Shown piece after piece: positions 46,666-56,847 of a stretch of DNA of 64,000 bases. Location of the stretch: positions 3,290-67,289 of the forward strand of contig CAKUYY010000005.1 of NCBI GenBank assembly GCA_934717555.1, written 5' to 3'. A program made the translations under genes and the position numbers. Source of the stretch: an uncultured Clostridium sp. Lineage in GTDB: Bacteria > Bacillota > Clostridia > Oscillospirales > Acutalibacteraceae. Numbering within the stretch: position 1 is the first letter of the stretch; every line of letters begins with the position of its first letter. Under the pieces are notes generated by a model that worked only from the letters and a program-made list of their open reading frames with translations, was not told where the DNA came from and did no database searches.

Positions 46666-48324
46666 ATGAAAAACGTAAACAAGTATACCCGTCAATATTT
46701 TATGCCTCCGGTTTCTTCCTTGAAATGGACGCAGAAAGAATATGTAGAGAAGGCCCCCATCTGGTGCAGCGTTGATCTGCGGGACGGCAACCAGTCTTTG
46801 ATTGTCCCTATGAGCCTGGAGGAAAAACTGGAGTTTTTCCAATACCTGTGCAAAATCGGGTTTAAAGAGATTGAGGTTGGGTTCCCCGCCGCTTCCGAGA
46901 CAGAATACGAATTCCTGCGCACCTTGATCGAACAGGATCTGATCCCGGACGACGTGACCGTCCAGGTGTTGACCCAGTCCCGGGAGCACATCATCCGCAA
47001 GACTTTTGAATCCCTGAAAGGCGCGAAAAATGCTATTGTGCATCTGTATAATTCCACTTCTGTGGCCCAGCGCGAACAGGTATTTAAAAAGTCCAAACAG
47101 GAAATTATTGATATCGCTGTTTTTGGCGCCAAGCTCTTTAATCAGATCGCAGAGGAAACCGGATGTCATTATCAATATGAATATTCCCCGGAAAGTTTTA
47201 CCGGCACAGAAATGGATTTCGCGGTGGAAATCTGCAACGCCGTTTTGGATGTGTGGAAACCCACGCCGGACAATAAGGTTATCATCAATCTTCCGGTCAC
47301 AGTATCCCATTCCATGCCGCACGTTTACGCCAGCCAAGTGGAATACATGTGCGATCATCTGAACAACCGGGAAAATGTGATTGTTTCCCTTCATCCCCAT
47401 AATGACCGCGGCTGTGCAGTTGCTGACTCCGAATTGGGTCTTTTGGCCGGCGCTGACCGTATCGAAGGCACCCTGTTCGGCAACGGGGAACGCACCGGTA
47501 ATGTGGATATTGTCACATTGGCAATGAATATGTATTCCCAGGGCGTGGACCCAAAGCTGAACTTTGAGAATATGCCTGAGGTGGTGTCCACTTACGAAAA
47601 AATGACCAACATGAAAGTATATGACCGCCAGCCGTACGCTGGTAAGCTGGTATTCGCCGCTTTCTCCGGTTCCCATCAGGACGCTATCGCCAAGGGGATG
47701 CGCTGGAGACAGGAACACGATTGCGATCACTGGACTGTTCCCTATCTGCCCATCGATCCCAAAGATGTGGGACGGGAATATGACGGTGACGTCATCCGCA
47801 TCAATAGTCAGTCCGGAAAAGGTGGTATCGGATATCTCCTCCAGCAGAAATATGGGTTTGACCTGCCTCCCAAGATGCGTGAGGACTTTGGTTACACCGT
47901 GAAAAGCGTATCTGATCATGCCCATAAAGAATTGAGCCCGGCGGAAGTACATGACATCTTCCAAAAAACCTATGTCAACATTCAGGATAATATCCGTTTG
48001 GTGGACTATCATGTCACGCGCAATGGGGATTTTCATGTCACTGTGCACCTAGAGGTAAACGGTGAAGTCAAGGAAATCAGCGGCAGCGGAAACGGCCGGT
48101 TAGACGCAGCCAGCAATGCCATGAAGCAAAGCCTGGGCCTGGATTATACTATTTTCCAGTATCAGGAGCACGCTCTGGAACAGGGTTCTACCTCTCAGGC
48201 AGCCGCTTATGTGGGAATTGCTGATAAAAACGGCAAAGTTACCTGGGGCGCGGGTATCCATACCGACATTGTGACCGCTTCCATCATGGCTTTGGTCAGC
48301 GCTATCAACCGTTCTCAAAAATAA
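46666..48324 (+). CDS. leuA: 2-isopropylmalate synthase (long, yeast/actinobacterial-type LeuA)
   Basis: 552 aa with WCSVDLRDGNQS, HPHNDRGCAVA and a C-terminal LeuA dimerisation/regulatory domain. Confidence 0.9.
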   Translation: MKNVNKYTRQYFMPPVSSLKWTQKEYVEKAPIWCSVDLRDGNQSLIVPMSLEEKLEFFQYLCKIGFKEIEVGFPAASETEYEFLRTLIEQDLIPDDVTVQVLTQSREHIIRKTFESLKGAKNAIVHLYNSTSVAQREQVFKKSKQEIIDIAVFGAKLFNQIAEETGCHYQYEYSPESFTGTEMDFAVEICNAVLDVWKPTPDNKVIINLPVTVSHSMPHVYASQVEYMCDHLNNRENVIVSLHPHNDRGCAVADSELGLLAGADRIEGTLFGNGERTGNVDIVTLAMNMYSQGVDPKLNFENMPEVVSTYEKMTNMKVYDRQPYAGKLVFAAFSGSHQDAIAKGMRWRQEHDCDHWTVPYLPIDPKDVGREYDGDVIRINSQSGKGGIGYLLQQKYGFDLPPKMREDFGYTVKSVSDHAHKELSPAEVHDIFQKTYVNIQDNIRLVDYHVTRNGDFHVTVHLEVNGEVKEISGSGNGRLDAASNAMKQSLGLDYTIFQYQEHALEQGSTSQAAAYVGIADKNGKVTWGAGIHTDIVTASIMALVSAINRSQK

Positions 48325-48421
48325 AAGTTCATATTTCATCAACAAAACGTTTCTTTTTAAGCGATTAGTCGGCTTACGGGGAAGCGTCTTGTTTGTTAGC
48401 AAAATGTCCGCTCTCAAAAAC

Positions 48422-48460
48422 AAAAATCCTCCTGCGCAATCAGTGGCACAGGAGGATTTT
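48422..48460. terminator. Bidirectional terminator between convergent leuA and yjbQ
   Basis: AAATCCTCCTG-14 nt-CAGGAGGATTT, with flanking A and T runs. Confidence 0.7.
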
Positions 48461-48568
48461 CTGATATACTCATTTTTTATTTTTTATATTTGGAATTGTT
48501 CCTCTGATATGATCTATAAAAACATCCGATATCTTGGAGTATTCACTTGTCTTCCTATTCAAGAATCC

Positions 48569-48985
48569 CTATTCGCCGATAATTTTTATAAGTGCGTGTT
48601 TTTTCCGTTTTCCATCCAATTCATAATAAAAAATCTGCTCCCAGGTACCGAAATCCAATTTCCCCTGGGTGACGGCCACTACTACTTCCCGCCCCATTAC
48701 GGTGCGTTTTAAATGAGCGTCCGCATTATCCTCATATCCATTGTGCTGATACTGGCTGTAGGGCTTTTCCGGGGCAAGTTTCTCAAGCCATACCTCATAG
48801 TCATGATGCAATCCTGGCTCATCATCATTGATAAAAACACTAGCGGTAATATTCATGGCGTTGACCAGCAGTAGGCCCTCCTGGATCCCGCTTTCACGCA
48901 GTGCTTCCTCCACCTGAGGGGTAATATTGATGATCCCCCTTCTCTGGGGAACACAAAACCAAAGTTCTTTCCGATAAGATTTCAT
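48569..48985 (-). CDS. yjbQ: YjbQ/UPF0047 family protein (secondary thiamine-phosphate synthase-like)
   Basis: The ORF extends to 49039, but the ATG at 48985 sits behind AAGGAAAGGAAG. Motifs: [14 protein letters not shown]...DNADAHLK...[13 protein letters not shown]. Confidence 0.8.
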   Translation of the reverse strand: MKSYRKELWFCVPQRRGIINITPQVEEALRESGIQEGLLLVNAMNITASVFINDDEPGLHHDYEVWLEKLAPEKPYSQYQHNGYEDNADAHLKRTVMGREVVVAVTQGKLDFGTWEQIFYYELDGKRKKHALIKIIGE

Positions 48986-49022
48986 ATCAATCTTCCTTTC
49001 CTTATGATTCAAATTTTTCCCG

Positions 49023-49709
49023 CTAAGCCCGCCATACAAAGGGAATTTCCCTAGAAATAACCATAGAATCCGGCGTTACCTCGCAGTCCATGGCTAATAT
49101 TCGTACCCCTTTGCGTTGCGCTTCCTGCAAAGCGTACCCAAATTCCGGATGAGTATCCCAATTGGGAGTCATGCTGTGTACCCCTTTCATTTGGATGACA
49201 AAAAGCGCAACGGCTTCATAGCCTTCCTCTGCACAACGGCACAGCTCCTGGATGTGTTTTATCCCTCTTTGAGTAGGGGCATCCGGAAATCTGGCCACCC
49301 CGTTCTCCTCCAGAGTGACCCCTTTGACCTCGATAAACACCTTTTTTTCAATAGTTTCCAGGTAAAAGTCAAGCCGTGATTTTCCATATGGGACTTCCCT
49401 TCTGACCTGTGTAGGATGGGAAAGCAGACCGCCCGCCTTTAACCATTCCTCTGCCGCACGGTTGGGGGCCTGAGCGTCCATATTAATAAGAAAATCCCCT
49501 TTTTTTACCGCTATGATATCATATTTCGTCTTTCGGGAAGGATTGTCACTTTGCTGTACGTAAACTTGAGCGCGCTTGGTGAGCAATTCTTTACATCGTC
49601 CGGTATTCTTCACATGGCATTTTTCCACTTTACCACTGATTTCCACCCATGCCACAAAACGGTTGGGCCGGGATATAAAATATCCAGGGCAAACCCGGTC
49701 ATATGTCAT
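49023..49709 (-). CDS. sfsA: Sugar fermentation stimulation protein SfsA (DNA/RNA nuclease-like)
   Basis: The start at 49709 ([22 protein letters not shown]) overlaps the upstream stop (ATGA). It contains [13 protein letters not shown] and SRLDFYL. Confidence 0.85.
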   Translation of the reverse strand: MTYDRVCPGYFISRPNRFVAWVEISGKVEKCHVKNTGRCKELLTKRAQVYVQQSDNPSRKTKYDIIAVKKGDFLINMDAQAPNRAAEEWLKAGGLLSHPTQVRREVPYGKSRLDFYLETIEKKVFIEVKGVTLEENGVARFPDAPTQRGIKHIQELCRCAEEGYEAVALFVIQMKGVHSMTPNWDTHPEFGYALQEAQRKGVRILAMDCEVTPDSMVISREIPFVWRA

Positions 49710-50491
49710 TCTTCTAACTTCCCCTTTCCTTCTACAGGTTCCATCAGCCAATAAACACTCACTTGAGGCGTAATTGAAAATCCCATAGATCTGTGCAATC
49801 GATAGGATATTTCATTTCCATCTACAATCTGGGAATATGGAACCTGTCCGCGTTCCAGCTGCCAGTTCACTGCGGCCGCCAACAGCGCTTTCCCTATCCC
49901 TCTGCCCCGATATTCCGGAAGGACTTCCAATAATCCCATAGATCCCTCTTCATGCTGTCCAACAAATCCCGCTAAAGCTTCCCCTAAGAAGGCTCCTATC
50001 ATCACGCCTTCTTCTAAGCTACCCCGTAAATACTTTTGATCTGCATGGCCGGAATAATGCCGTTGCAAGGCAGGAAGGAAAGCAAGAGACAACTCCTGTA
50101 AACGTGCCGGGCTTTGAAAAAGGATCGGTTTCTTTCCCCCATATACCGCCTGCCGGCAGCATAAACAGCGGCGGTAAGGAAATAATTCCTGAATTCTCTG
50201 AACCAAGTTAAGTTGATGTACCGCTATAACCTCTGCTCCCCAGATCTGTCTTAGCGCTTCTTCCCGGAATTCCTCATCCTCTGTGCTCAACAAATAAGCT
50301 TTGGACCTTCGATCCTGCAACAATATCCCTTTGGAACTCTCCATCTTTTGATCGCCAGTTCCCCTACGGATTTCTTCCAGTAAATCCATATGTGCAATGT
50401 CACCTTGTTTTAAATAGGATATGGTTGTTTCTCTCATAGCCTTTTTCTTCCGCAGATAAAATCTGTACAAATTCTTTTTTGATAGTACCAC
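49706..50491 (-). CDS. GNAT family acetyltransferase with N-terminal non-catalytic domain
   Basis: 261 aa (a later start at MRETTISYL is possible). The C-terminal part contains EVLPEYRGRGIGKALLAAAV. Confidence 0.65.
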   Translation of the reverse strand: MVLSKKNLYRFYLRKKKAMRETTISYLKQGDIAHMDLLEEIRRGTGDQKMESSKGILLQDRRSKAYLLSTEDEEFREEALRQIWGAEVIAVHQLNLVQRIQELFPYRRCLCCRQAVYGGKKPILFQSPARLQELSLAFLPALQRHYSGHADQKYLRGSLEEGVMIGAFLGEALAGFVGQHEEGSMGLLEVLPEYRGRGIGKALLAAAVNWQLERGQVPYSQIVDGNEISYRLHRSMGFSITPQVSVYWLMEPVEGKGKLEE

Positions 50492-50648
50492 AGAATGCTT
50501 CCTTGTGCAATGTTCCTCTTGTTTGCCCCTTCCTACCTCAGCCTGGTTTTTGAAAACTTTTCTCTGTGAAAATGCTTGCTATTCTTGTGTTTAAACATTA
50601 TAATTTCAATAAATAGATATTGTAAATTTAAAAAAGGAAGGGGAATTT

Positions 50649-50891
50649 ATGAGAATCCAGGCATGGGAAATTTGGAAAATATGGCATGAAGATACCTCCA
50701 TCATAGGAATTGTGGGGAACCTCTCCCCTTTGGAGATCATTCCTATTGTCATCCATGATGGATCTGTTGTGATCGATGTCCCTCATCCTATCCTAATACC
50801 ACAAGAAGAACTGGTCAAAAAGATAGGGGTTCTGGAAGAGCCCTTGATCCAGCTAGTCGCCATGGAATATATTAAAAGAAAGAATCTATAA
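50649..50891 (+). CDS. Hypothetical protein (80 aa)
   Basis: It has an AGGAAGGGGAATTT-ATG RBS and a strong terminator 25 nt downstream. No recognisable motif. Confidence 0.4.
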   Translation: MRIQAWEIWKIWHEDTSIIGIVGNLSPLEIIPIVIHDGSVVIDVPHPILIPQEELVKKIGVLEEPLIQLVAMEYIKRKNL

Positions 50892-50915
50892 AAGATCCCA
50901 TTGTTTCCTTCACCA

Positions 50916-50957
50916 CACAAAGGGCCTTCCATCTCGGCTGATGGAAGGCCCTTTGTG
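50916..50957. terminator. Strong bidirectional terminator hairpin
   Basis: CACAAAGGGCCTTCCATC-tcggct-GATGGAAGGCCCTTTGTG, an 18-bp perfect stem. Confidence 0.75.
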
Positions 50958-51185
50958 CAAAAGAAAATATTTCATGGTGTGGTGGCATGCTCCGGGTTGA
51001 ATCACCCAGCCCATTCATAAAAACAATCGGCCGTGTTTTTACTAGCAGGCAGTGTTAGCAGATTTAGTTAGAATTAACTAACCAAATAAATAATACCGGA
51101 TTTTTGTTATATTGTCAAGAGATTTTCGTTTTGTTATCTATCGTTAACTTTATGAAAACTTCCTGGTTTTCCATGAGGTTCTCTC

Positions 51186-51869
51186 TCATCGTTCGAGAGA
51201 GCTCCCCCTTTCCTCCGGCAGGGCCCGCAGGTCAACAGCGGAAACTTTTCCAAATTGCAAAATCTCCCCTGTCTCCATGGCAACTGGGTGATGGAACAGC
51301 GGTCCATCTGTCACCAAAGTGTGATATTCCCCATTTTCCCCGCAGACATCCACACCGCTATTTTCTAATTCTTGTATAATCGCTCTGTCCAGTGTTTTTC
51401 CTAAAAGACTTTCAGGGAGCAAATCATTGCGGATACATTTGATTCTCGCCTGGTATCCCAAATCTATCGCTTCCTGTACAAGTTCCTTTCTTGGACAATG
51501 CCATAACGGGAAAAGCGGTTGTACAGAAGTATGGCGGCAGCGTTCCCTACACCATAGGGCATGTTCTTCTATATCGATATCTCCAAAAACGCAGGCCTGT
51601 ATTCCCAACTGTTTCGCCCTCCGGATGCCATCTTCTAAAGCGGTATGATAGGTTTCCCCCTCTGTCTCACAGCAGATGAGGGGAATACGAAGGGCCTCCC
51701 CTATTCTCTCCATAAAATAGCGGTCAACGCCATGAAACCATGAACGGTCATAGGAGGGATTCACCATGACAATCAAAGCTGCCGGCGTATGCCCTTGTTC
51801 GCATATCCGATGCAGAGCCAATGTGCTGTCTTTCCCAAAGCTGTAAGATACCGCAACTTTCATTTTCAT
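51186..51869 (-). CDS. Dph6-related PP-loop ATP pyrophosphatase (MJ0570 / diphthine-ammonia ligase-like family)
   Basis: 227 aa. The N-terminal PP-loop-like motif is VSYSFGKDSTLAL, with GDIDIEEH also present. Confidence 0.65.
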   Translation of the reverse strand: MKMKVAVSYSFGKDSTLALHRICEQGHTPAALIVMVNPSYDRSWFHGVDRYFMERIGEALRIPLICCETEGETYHTALEDGIRRAKQLGIQACVFGDIDIEEHALWCRERCRHTSVQPLFPLWHCPRKELVQEAIDLGYQARIKCIRNDLLPESLLGKTLDRAIIQELENSGVDVCGENGEYHTLVTDGPLFHHPVAMETGEILQFGKVSAVDLRALPEERGSSLER

Positions 51870-51874
51870 TCCCC

Positions 51875-53131
51875 CTACTTGCTATTTTGATTGATAAACT
51901 CCGGTTTTAATTTAGAATATAAAATTTTCTGACCACTGTAAAGTCCATAATAACCAGATAGCATATAGCTCACCGCGCAGGCTATGGCAAACAAAAGCAA
52001 CCCCTGGGCCCCAAAAAGTTCCACGCTCAAGATGATAGAAGTAACCGGGCAATTTACCACCCCACAAAATAGGGCAACCAAACCGATGGCTGCTCCAAAT
52101 GAGGGGTTCATTCCCAGTAAGCCTCCCACTACGCACCCAAATGTGGAGCCTACAAAAAAGGTGGGAACAATTTCCCCTCCTTTGAAGCCGGCACCCAAGG
52201 TAAGTGCTGTAAAGATCATCTTTAGAAAAAAAGCCTCCGGCCTGGCTTGTCCCTGCATGGCATTCTGGATAATCTCCATACCCGCCCCATTATAATCCTT
52301 TGTTTGGACCAGATAGGTCAGGGCAACCACCAGAACGCCTCCCACAACAGCCCGAAGGATACTGTCATGCAGGAATTTTCGGTACAGACCACCTATCCAA
52401 TGCAGCCCTTTACAAAAAAGGACACTCAATCCTCCACAAAGCGCCGCAAGCAATATAACCTGCCCGATAGATGCCGGACCCAGCTCTGGGATGCCTGTGA
52501 TAGAGAAAAATGTCGGGGCAACCCCAAACCCATGGGCAATGGAAAACCCAATCACAGAAGCCAACACACAGGGGACAATCGCCGCATAGTACATCACCCC
52601 TACACTGATCACTTCCATAGAAAAAACCGCTGCTGTCAGCGGGGCTCCAAACAAAGCGGAAAAAGCGGCGCTCATCCCGCACATCACAATAATCCGCTCG
52701 TCCTTCTCGTCCAAATGAATCCAGCGCCCTATTTGATAGGCAATACTTCCCCCCATTTGCAGCGCCGCGCCTTCTCTGCCAGAAGACCCTCCCAGCAAAT
52801 GGGTAAAAAATGTACTGATAAAAATAAGCGGCGCTGTCCTGAAGGAAAGGTGCTGGGTAGAACGAACCGATGTAATCACCAGGTTCGTACCCTGGTCCTG
52901 TTCCATACCGCACAGCCGGTACAACAGCGCAATAGCGGCCCCGCCCAAAGGCAGAAGCCATATGAGCCATCCCTGCTGTATCCGGGTTTCATTGGCCCAT
53001 TCCATACACAGGTGGAAGAGTGTCCCCACCCCTCCCATTACCGTTCCCACTACACAGGCGCAAGCCGACCATTTCAAAAAGGCCGCAATATCCGTACAAG
53101 CATGGCGAAAGCTTACATTCCAATGATTCAT
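51875..53131 (-). CDS. ClC family voltage-gated chloride/fluoride channel-antiporter (no CBS domains)
   Basis: 418 aa and polytopic. It contains GGSSGREGAALQMG and GFKGGEIVPTFFVG selectivity-filter-like segments. Confidence 0.8.
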   Translation of the reverse strand: MNHWNVSFRHACTDIAAFLKWSACACVVGTVMGGVGTLFHLCMEWANETRIQQGWLIWLLPLGGAAIALLYRLCGMEQDQGTNLVITSVRSTQHLSFRTAPLIFISTFFTHLLGGSSGREGAALQMGGSIAYQIGRWIHLDEKDERIIVMCGMSAAFSALFGAPLTAAVFSMEVISVGVMYYAAIVPCVLASVIGFSIAHGFGVAPTFFSITGIPELGPASIGQVILLAALCGGLSVLFCKGLHWIGGLYRKFLHDSILRAVVGGVLVVALTYLVQTKDYNGAGMEIIQNAMQGQARPEAFFLKMIFTALTLGAGFKGGEIVPTFFVGSTFGCVVGGLLGMNPSFGAAIGLVALFCGVVNCPVTSIILSVELFGAQGLLLFAIACAVSYMLSGYYGLYSGQKILYSKLKPEFINQNSK

Positions 53132-53229
53132 GACCGATTCCTTCCATTTATCCTGAATCCTTTTTTCTTATCATAACAACAGGCCTGTCCAAAGACAAGC
53201 CTGTAACAACATCATATCTGAAGTATTTC

Positions 53230-54051
53230 CTATCCCTCTTTCTTGGGTAACCGGGAAAAATCAAAAAACTGGAATAGTTTATGATCCCTGGGCAAAACAA
53301 TCAAAAGAATGCCAATAGGGATCAGAATAATGCTAATCCACTGGGAAGTGGAAATTCCCAATAAAAACCCTCTGACATAATCATAACGGAAAAACTCCAA
53401 AACAAAACGCATCACCGCATAACAAATGAGATAAATGCCCAATAGTCTCCCCCGCTTCTCTATCCTTTTGGAAAGCAAAAGCAGGACGATACAAAGCAAA
53501 ACATTCAGCCCGCTTTCAAAAAGCTGGATAGGGAGCAGAGGGACATCCTGCGGCCCCGCCACGGAATGGGCAAAAATCATTCCCAACGGAGGGTCTACCG
53601 GTATACCATAACAACAGCCCGCACAAAAACATCCCAAACGCCCAAACGCGTGCACCAAAGGAATGGCAGGTGCAAATACTTCCATCATAGTAAACGTATC
53701 CAGCCGGTATTTCCTGGTATAAATCATCAGCATAATGACCGCGCCGATCAATCCGCCGTAAAAAACGAAACCTCCGCTGATTAAAGAAAATAGATAATTT
53801 ACATCCTGTATCAGTGTATTCCAGTTGGCAATCAAATCAGGCAGGATGGTGATGATATACAGGATTTTGGCTCCAACAGCCACACCAATCCCCGCGAACA
53901 GGGCGGAAAACAGCACATCCTCCCTTTGCTGATGGTACTTTTTCGCACGAAGTAAAGCCACTCCAATCCCAGCGGCCGCACCCGTCAGAATCATCAGTCC
54001 ATACATGGCTACCGGAAATCCAAAAATACGAATATATGGTAAAATATGCAA
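53230..54051 (-). CDS. lgt: Prolipoprotein diacylglyceryl transferase
   Basis: 273 aa with FGRLGCFCAGCCYG and multiple TM segments. Confidence 0.9.
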   Translation of the reverse strand: MHILPYIRIFGFPVAMYGLMILTGAAAGIGVALLRAKKYHQQREDVLFSALFAGIGVAVGAKILYIITILPDLIANWNTLIQDVNYLFSLISGGFVFYGGLIGAVIMLMIYTRKYRLDTFTMMEVFAPAIPLVHAFGRLGCFCAGCCYGIPVDPPLGMIFAHSVAGPQDVPLLPIQLFESGLNVLLCIVLLLLSKRIEKRGRLLGIYLICYAVMRFVLEFFRYDYVRGFLLGISTSQWISIILIPIGILLIVLPRDHKLFQFFDFSRLPKKEG

Positions 54052-54138
54052 ACACCCCTAAAAAGTAAGATAAGCAACCAGTGAGTAACCCCCTCCTGAT
54101 TGCTTATCTTTACCAAATTTTACAACTGTCTGAATGGA

Positions 54139-54414
54139 TTAATAATATAAACCTGCTGCACTGTAAATAGACGCTACACAAGCATAGCACGCAATGGTTA
54201 CAATCAAGCCCAGAGCAATCGCAATGATAGACAGTACAATACCCGCAGTAGCCATTGAACTGGGAGCCTCTTTCTTGCCCATTACGCCCAAGATCAAACC
54301 GATGATACCAAGGATGGCACCAATCCAAGCCCAGCCGCCGAAAAATCCGACAACCACACCAATGATGCCCAGTACCAAGGATGCAACCGACTTGCCATTA
54401 TTTTTGTGTTCCAT
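54139..54414 (-). CDS. DUF4190-like small membrane protein
   Basis: 91 aa with two Gly/Ile-rich TM helices (SLVLGIIGVVVGFFGG..., GIVLSIIAIALGLIV). Confidence 0.6.
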   Translation of the reverse strand: MEHKNNGKSVASLVLGIIGVVVGFFGGWAWIGAILGIIGLILGVMGKKEAPSSMATAGIVLSIIAIALGLIVTIACYACVASIYSAAGLYY

Positions 54415-54645
54415 GTAAAAAACCTCCTCTAAGTCTCAAATTTTTACTTATTATAACAAAAAATGACCAATTTGTAAACAAGATAAGAAAAAAATCGAAT
54501 GATCTTAAAATCAGAATATAATATCTCTTTGTTTTTTATATATTTTGACGATATTTTTCACCATTCAACTTCTATATATAAAAAAATTTACAGCATTATT
54601 CCTATTTTTTAGCAGTTTTATTGTATCACATAGAGCTCTCCGGAT

Positions 54646-55164
54646 TTACCAAAGGCCTTTTATGATATTCATCACAAAATCTGTCCCTGCGACCACTGCC
54701 CAAATCACCAAAATAAAAAGGATAACCGAAACTATCCTGACGATCAGCCTTTTTGAACGGCTCATCTCTTCAAATTCTTCCCCTTTTTTGACAATCTTGC
54801 GGGGTTGTTCCTCTTGTACTTGTTTCTCTTTTTCCTCTTTGGGCTGCATAGCCCCTATTCCGATCATAAGATCTTTCGCCTTCTCCCAAACCTGAAAAGG
54901 GACATATAAGTAAACGCTGGCATTTTTATTGCCTGTAATAATCGTAGCGGAAGGTTCTTTTTTGGGAGTACGGCTGGCATAAGGGATCCCTTCGTCCTCT
55001 AAAGCAGCCTCAATCCGTTCTGATTCTAAAATGCTGGTTTCCAGCAGGAAAACTGGGTCGTTTTCCTCAATATTCCTTTTTAACTGTTTGTGACAGATTG
55101 AACACCGTTCTATTTCTTTTTCCTCTATTCTCTGACAGCGGGTACAATATCTCACCGGATTCAC
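54646..55164 (-). CDS. Hypothetical zinc-ribbon protein with C-terminal TM anchor
   Basis: 172 aa. It has an N-terminal CTRC...CSIC pair, a central DUF2007-like segment, a Lys/Glu-rich linker and a C-terminal TM helix. Confidence 0.5.
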   Translation of the reverse strand: MNPVRYCTRCQRIEEKEIERCSICHKQLKRNIEENDPVFLLETSILESERIEAALEDEGIPYASRTPKKEPSATIITGNKNASVYLYVPFQVWEKAKDLMIGIGAMQPKEEKEKQVQEEQPRKIVKKGEEFEEMSRSKRLIVRIVSVILFILVIWAVVAGTDFVMNIIKGLW

Positions 55165-55353
55165 TCCTATTTTGTTTTTCTTGCCTTTATTGTAAACGAT
55201 TCCCCATAAAATCGCAAGAAGGGCTCAAATACAATTCTATTCTTTTCCTGAAATGATCCCCGCCTTAACATTTATGCAGACTTTTGATCCTGTATTCTTT
55301 ACATTATTAAAAAAGGCTGAAACGAAAAATTTCGCTCAGCCTGAAGTCAATTT

Positions 55354-55926
55354 TTATAAAACCATGGGTTGTATCTGTTTTCCCTGTAATGCCGCTTCCA
55401 AAGAAGCTGGCAGCAGATCAAAATGCGCCACCAGGGAGTTTGTTTTTTTCTCTGGGTCATCCTGAGAAAAGGGAACAAAGTATATGTGTTTGGTATTGGC
55501 CAGCCTCCCAATATTTTGGGCGGACGCTCCCAAACCATCATTGGTGGCCAAAGCCAACAGCACTGGCCTTCCGATCCGAAGATGGGATTTTGCGGCCATA
55601 GTTACAGAAGTATCTGTAATGGCATTGTTTAATTTTGCCAACGTATTTCCCGTGCATGGGGAAATTACCAGGATATCCATCATCTTTTTCGGGCCAATCG
55701 GTTCCGCCTGGACAATGGTATGAATAATGGGATTTCCACATAATCCCTCTATCTCCTGTATAAAACCCTGAGCCTTCCCAAAACGGGTGTCTGTGGTATA
55801 CGCGTTTTGGGACATCACCGGAAGTACTCGGTATCCCTGTTCTATTAAACATTTCATTTGGTCGATCGATTTGCGAAATGTACAAAAGGATCCGCATAAA
55901 GCATATCCAACGGTTATATCATTCAT
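55354..55926 (-). CDS. dpaB: Dipicolinate synthase subunit B (flavoprotein)
   Basis: 190 aa with GYALCGSFCTF at the N-terminus. It shares an ATGA overlap with dpaA. Confidence 0.85.
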   Translation of the reverse strand: MNDITVGYALCGSFCTFRKSIDQMKCLIEQGYRVLPVMSQNAYTTDTRFGKAQGFIQEIEGLCGNPIIHTIVQAEPIGPKKMMDILVISPCTGNTLAKLNNAITDTSVTMAAKSHLRIGRPVLLALATNDGLGASAQNIGRLANTKHIYFVPFSQDDPEKKTNSLVAHFDLLPASLEAALQGKQIQPMVL

Positions 55927-56783
55927 GATACTCCCTCCTCAATCATATGATAAATAGTTGTTTTGATAATCTCTCCCGCTGTTTTTGGTGCAACCTTTCC
56001 AGGCAGGGAAAGCGCCTGGATCGCTCTAATCCCCTGCCTTTGAGCCGCTACTCCCCCCGGGGCGGAAGCCAAATCAATGTTTAAGGATTTTCCCACAATA
56101 TGGGCTAGCGTACATGCATCAAATACCAGGGCTGGAATGGTATTAAAAATAATATCATATCCTTGTGTTTCTCCTAACTTGTTTGTTGATACGGCCTGAT
56201 AACCTTCCAATTCAATCCAGGCAAGATCCTGCGGCTTTCGGGCACTGACGGTAACTTTTGCCCCCAATCCCTGCAGCATCCTGCTAAGTACTTTTCCTAT
56301 CCTGCCAAACCCAGCTACCAGGCATTTGGCCCCATTAATTGTACCGGGATATTCCCTCATAGCAATTTCAATGGCCCCCTCGGAAGTAGGGACCGCATTC
56401 TTTACCGTAAATTCCTCCCGTTCAAAATAATCAGAGGCGTCGATTCTGCTCCACAGATCGCTGGTGGATTGTAGCCGGGACAGCATTCCGCAGAATACTT
56501 TTTTATGTTCTAACATCCTTACAAATTTTTCATCCAATAAGATTTCTTCCTTGGAAAAAGGAGCGTTCAACGTTTTCTTGTCCACTGTGGCGGGCAACGG
56601 CAAAATAAGGAAGTCACTGTTTTGAACCGTTTTCTCCAGGGAAGCCTTTTGTATGCCGGGGGAAAAAGAAGCTTGTTCCATTCCCGCAGTATAAACGGTA
56701 TACCCATCTCCTGCGATGGATTCCGCCATAGCAACCTGCCGTTTGTCTCCTCCTATCACTCCAAAAGTGTTTATGGAAATCAT
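55923..56783 (-). CDS. dpaA: Dipicolinate synthase subunit A
   Basis: 286 aa with the Rossmann motif VAGFGRIGKVL. It is paired with dpaB. Confidence 0.85.
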   Translation of the reverse strand: MISINTFGVIGGDKRQVAMAESIAGDGYTVYTAGMEQASFSPGIQKASLEKTVQNSDFLILPLPATVDKKTLNAPFSKEEILLDEKFVRMLEHKKVFCGMLSRLQSTSDLWSRIDASDYFEREEFTVKNAVPTSEGAIEIAMREYPGTINGAKCLVAGFGRIGKVLSRMLQGLGAKVTVSARKPQDLAWIELEGYQAVSTNKLGETQGYDIIFNTIPALVFDACTLAHIVGKSLNIDLASAPGGVAAQRQGIRAIQALSLPGKVAPKTAGEIIKTTIYHMIEEGVS

Positions 56784-56819
56784 TGTTTGGTTACCCCCAT
56801 TTGTTTGTTAATCCTACTT

Positions 56820-56847
56820 TATAGTATGGCGTCTCTCTTTTTCCCGT
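56820..56847 (-). promoter_or_regulatory. Candidate sigma-K type (late mother-cell) promoter of dpaAB
   Basis: The minus strand reads AC-17 nt-CATActaTA, about 35 nt upstream of the dpaA start. This matches the Bacillus sigma-K consensus AC-N17-CATANNNTA and is an inference only. Confidence 0.35.

Noticed and set aside
46639-48048. 469-aa ORF on the minus strand lying entirely inside leuA
   Set aside because: This is a shadow ORF. The plus-strand frame encodes an unmistakable LeuA with RBS, T-box leader and terminator. The antisense product is low-complexity (rich in H, G, F and I), has no motif, and has no RBS or promoter context.
53132-53229. Possible riboswitch upstream of the ClC gene
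   Set aside because: The only structure seen is a hairpin (ACAGGCTTGTC-tttg-GACAGGCCTGT on the minus strand), best explained as the lgt terminator.
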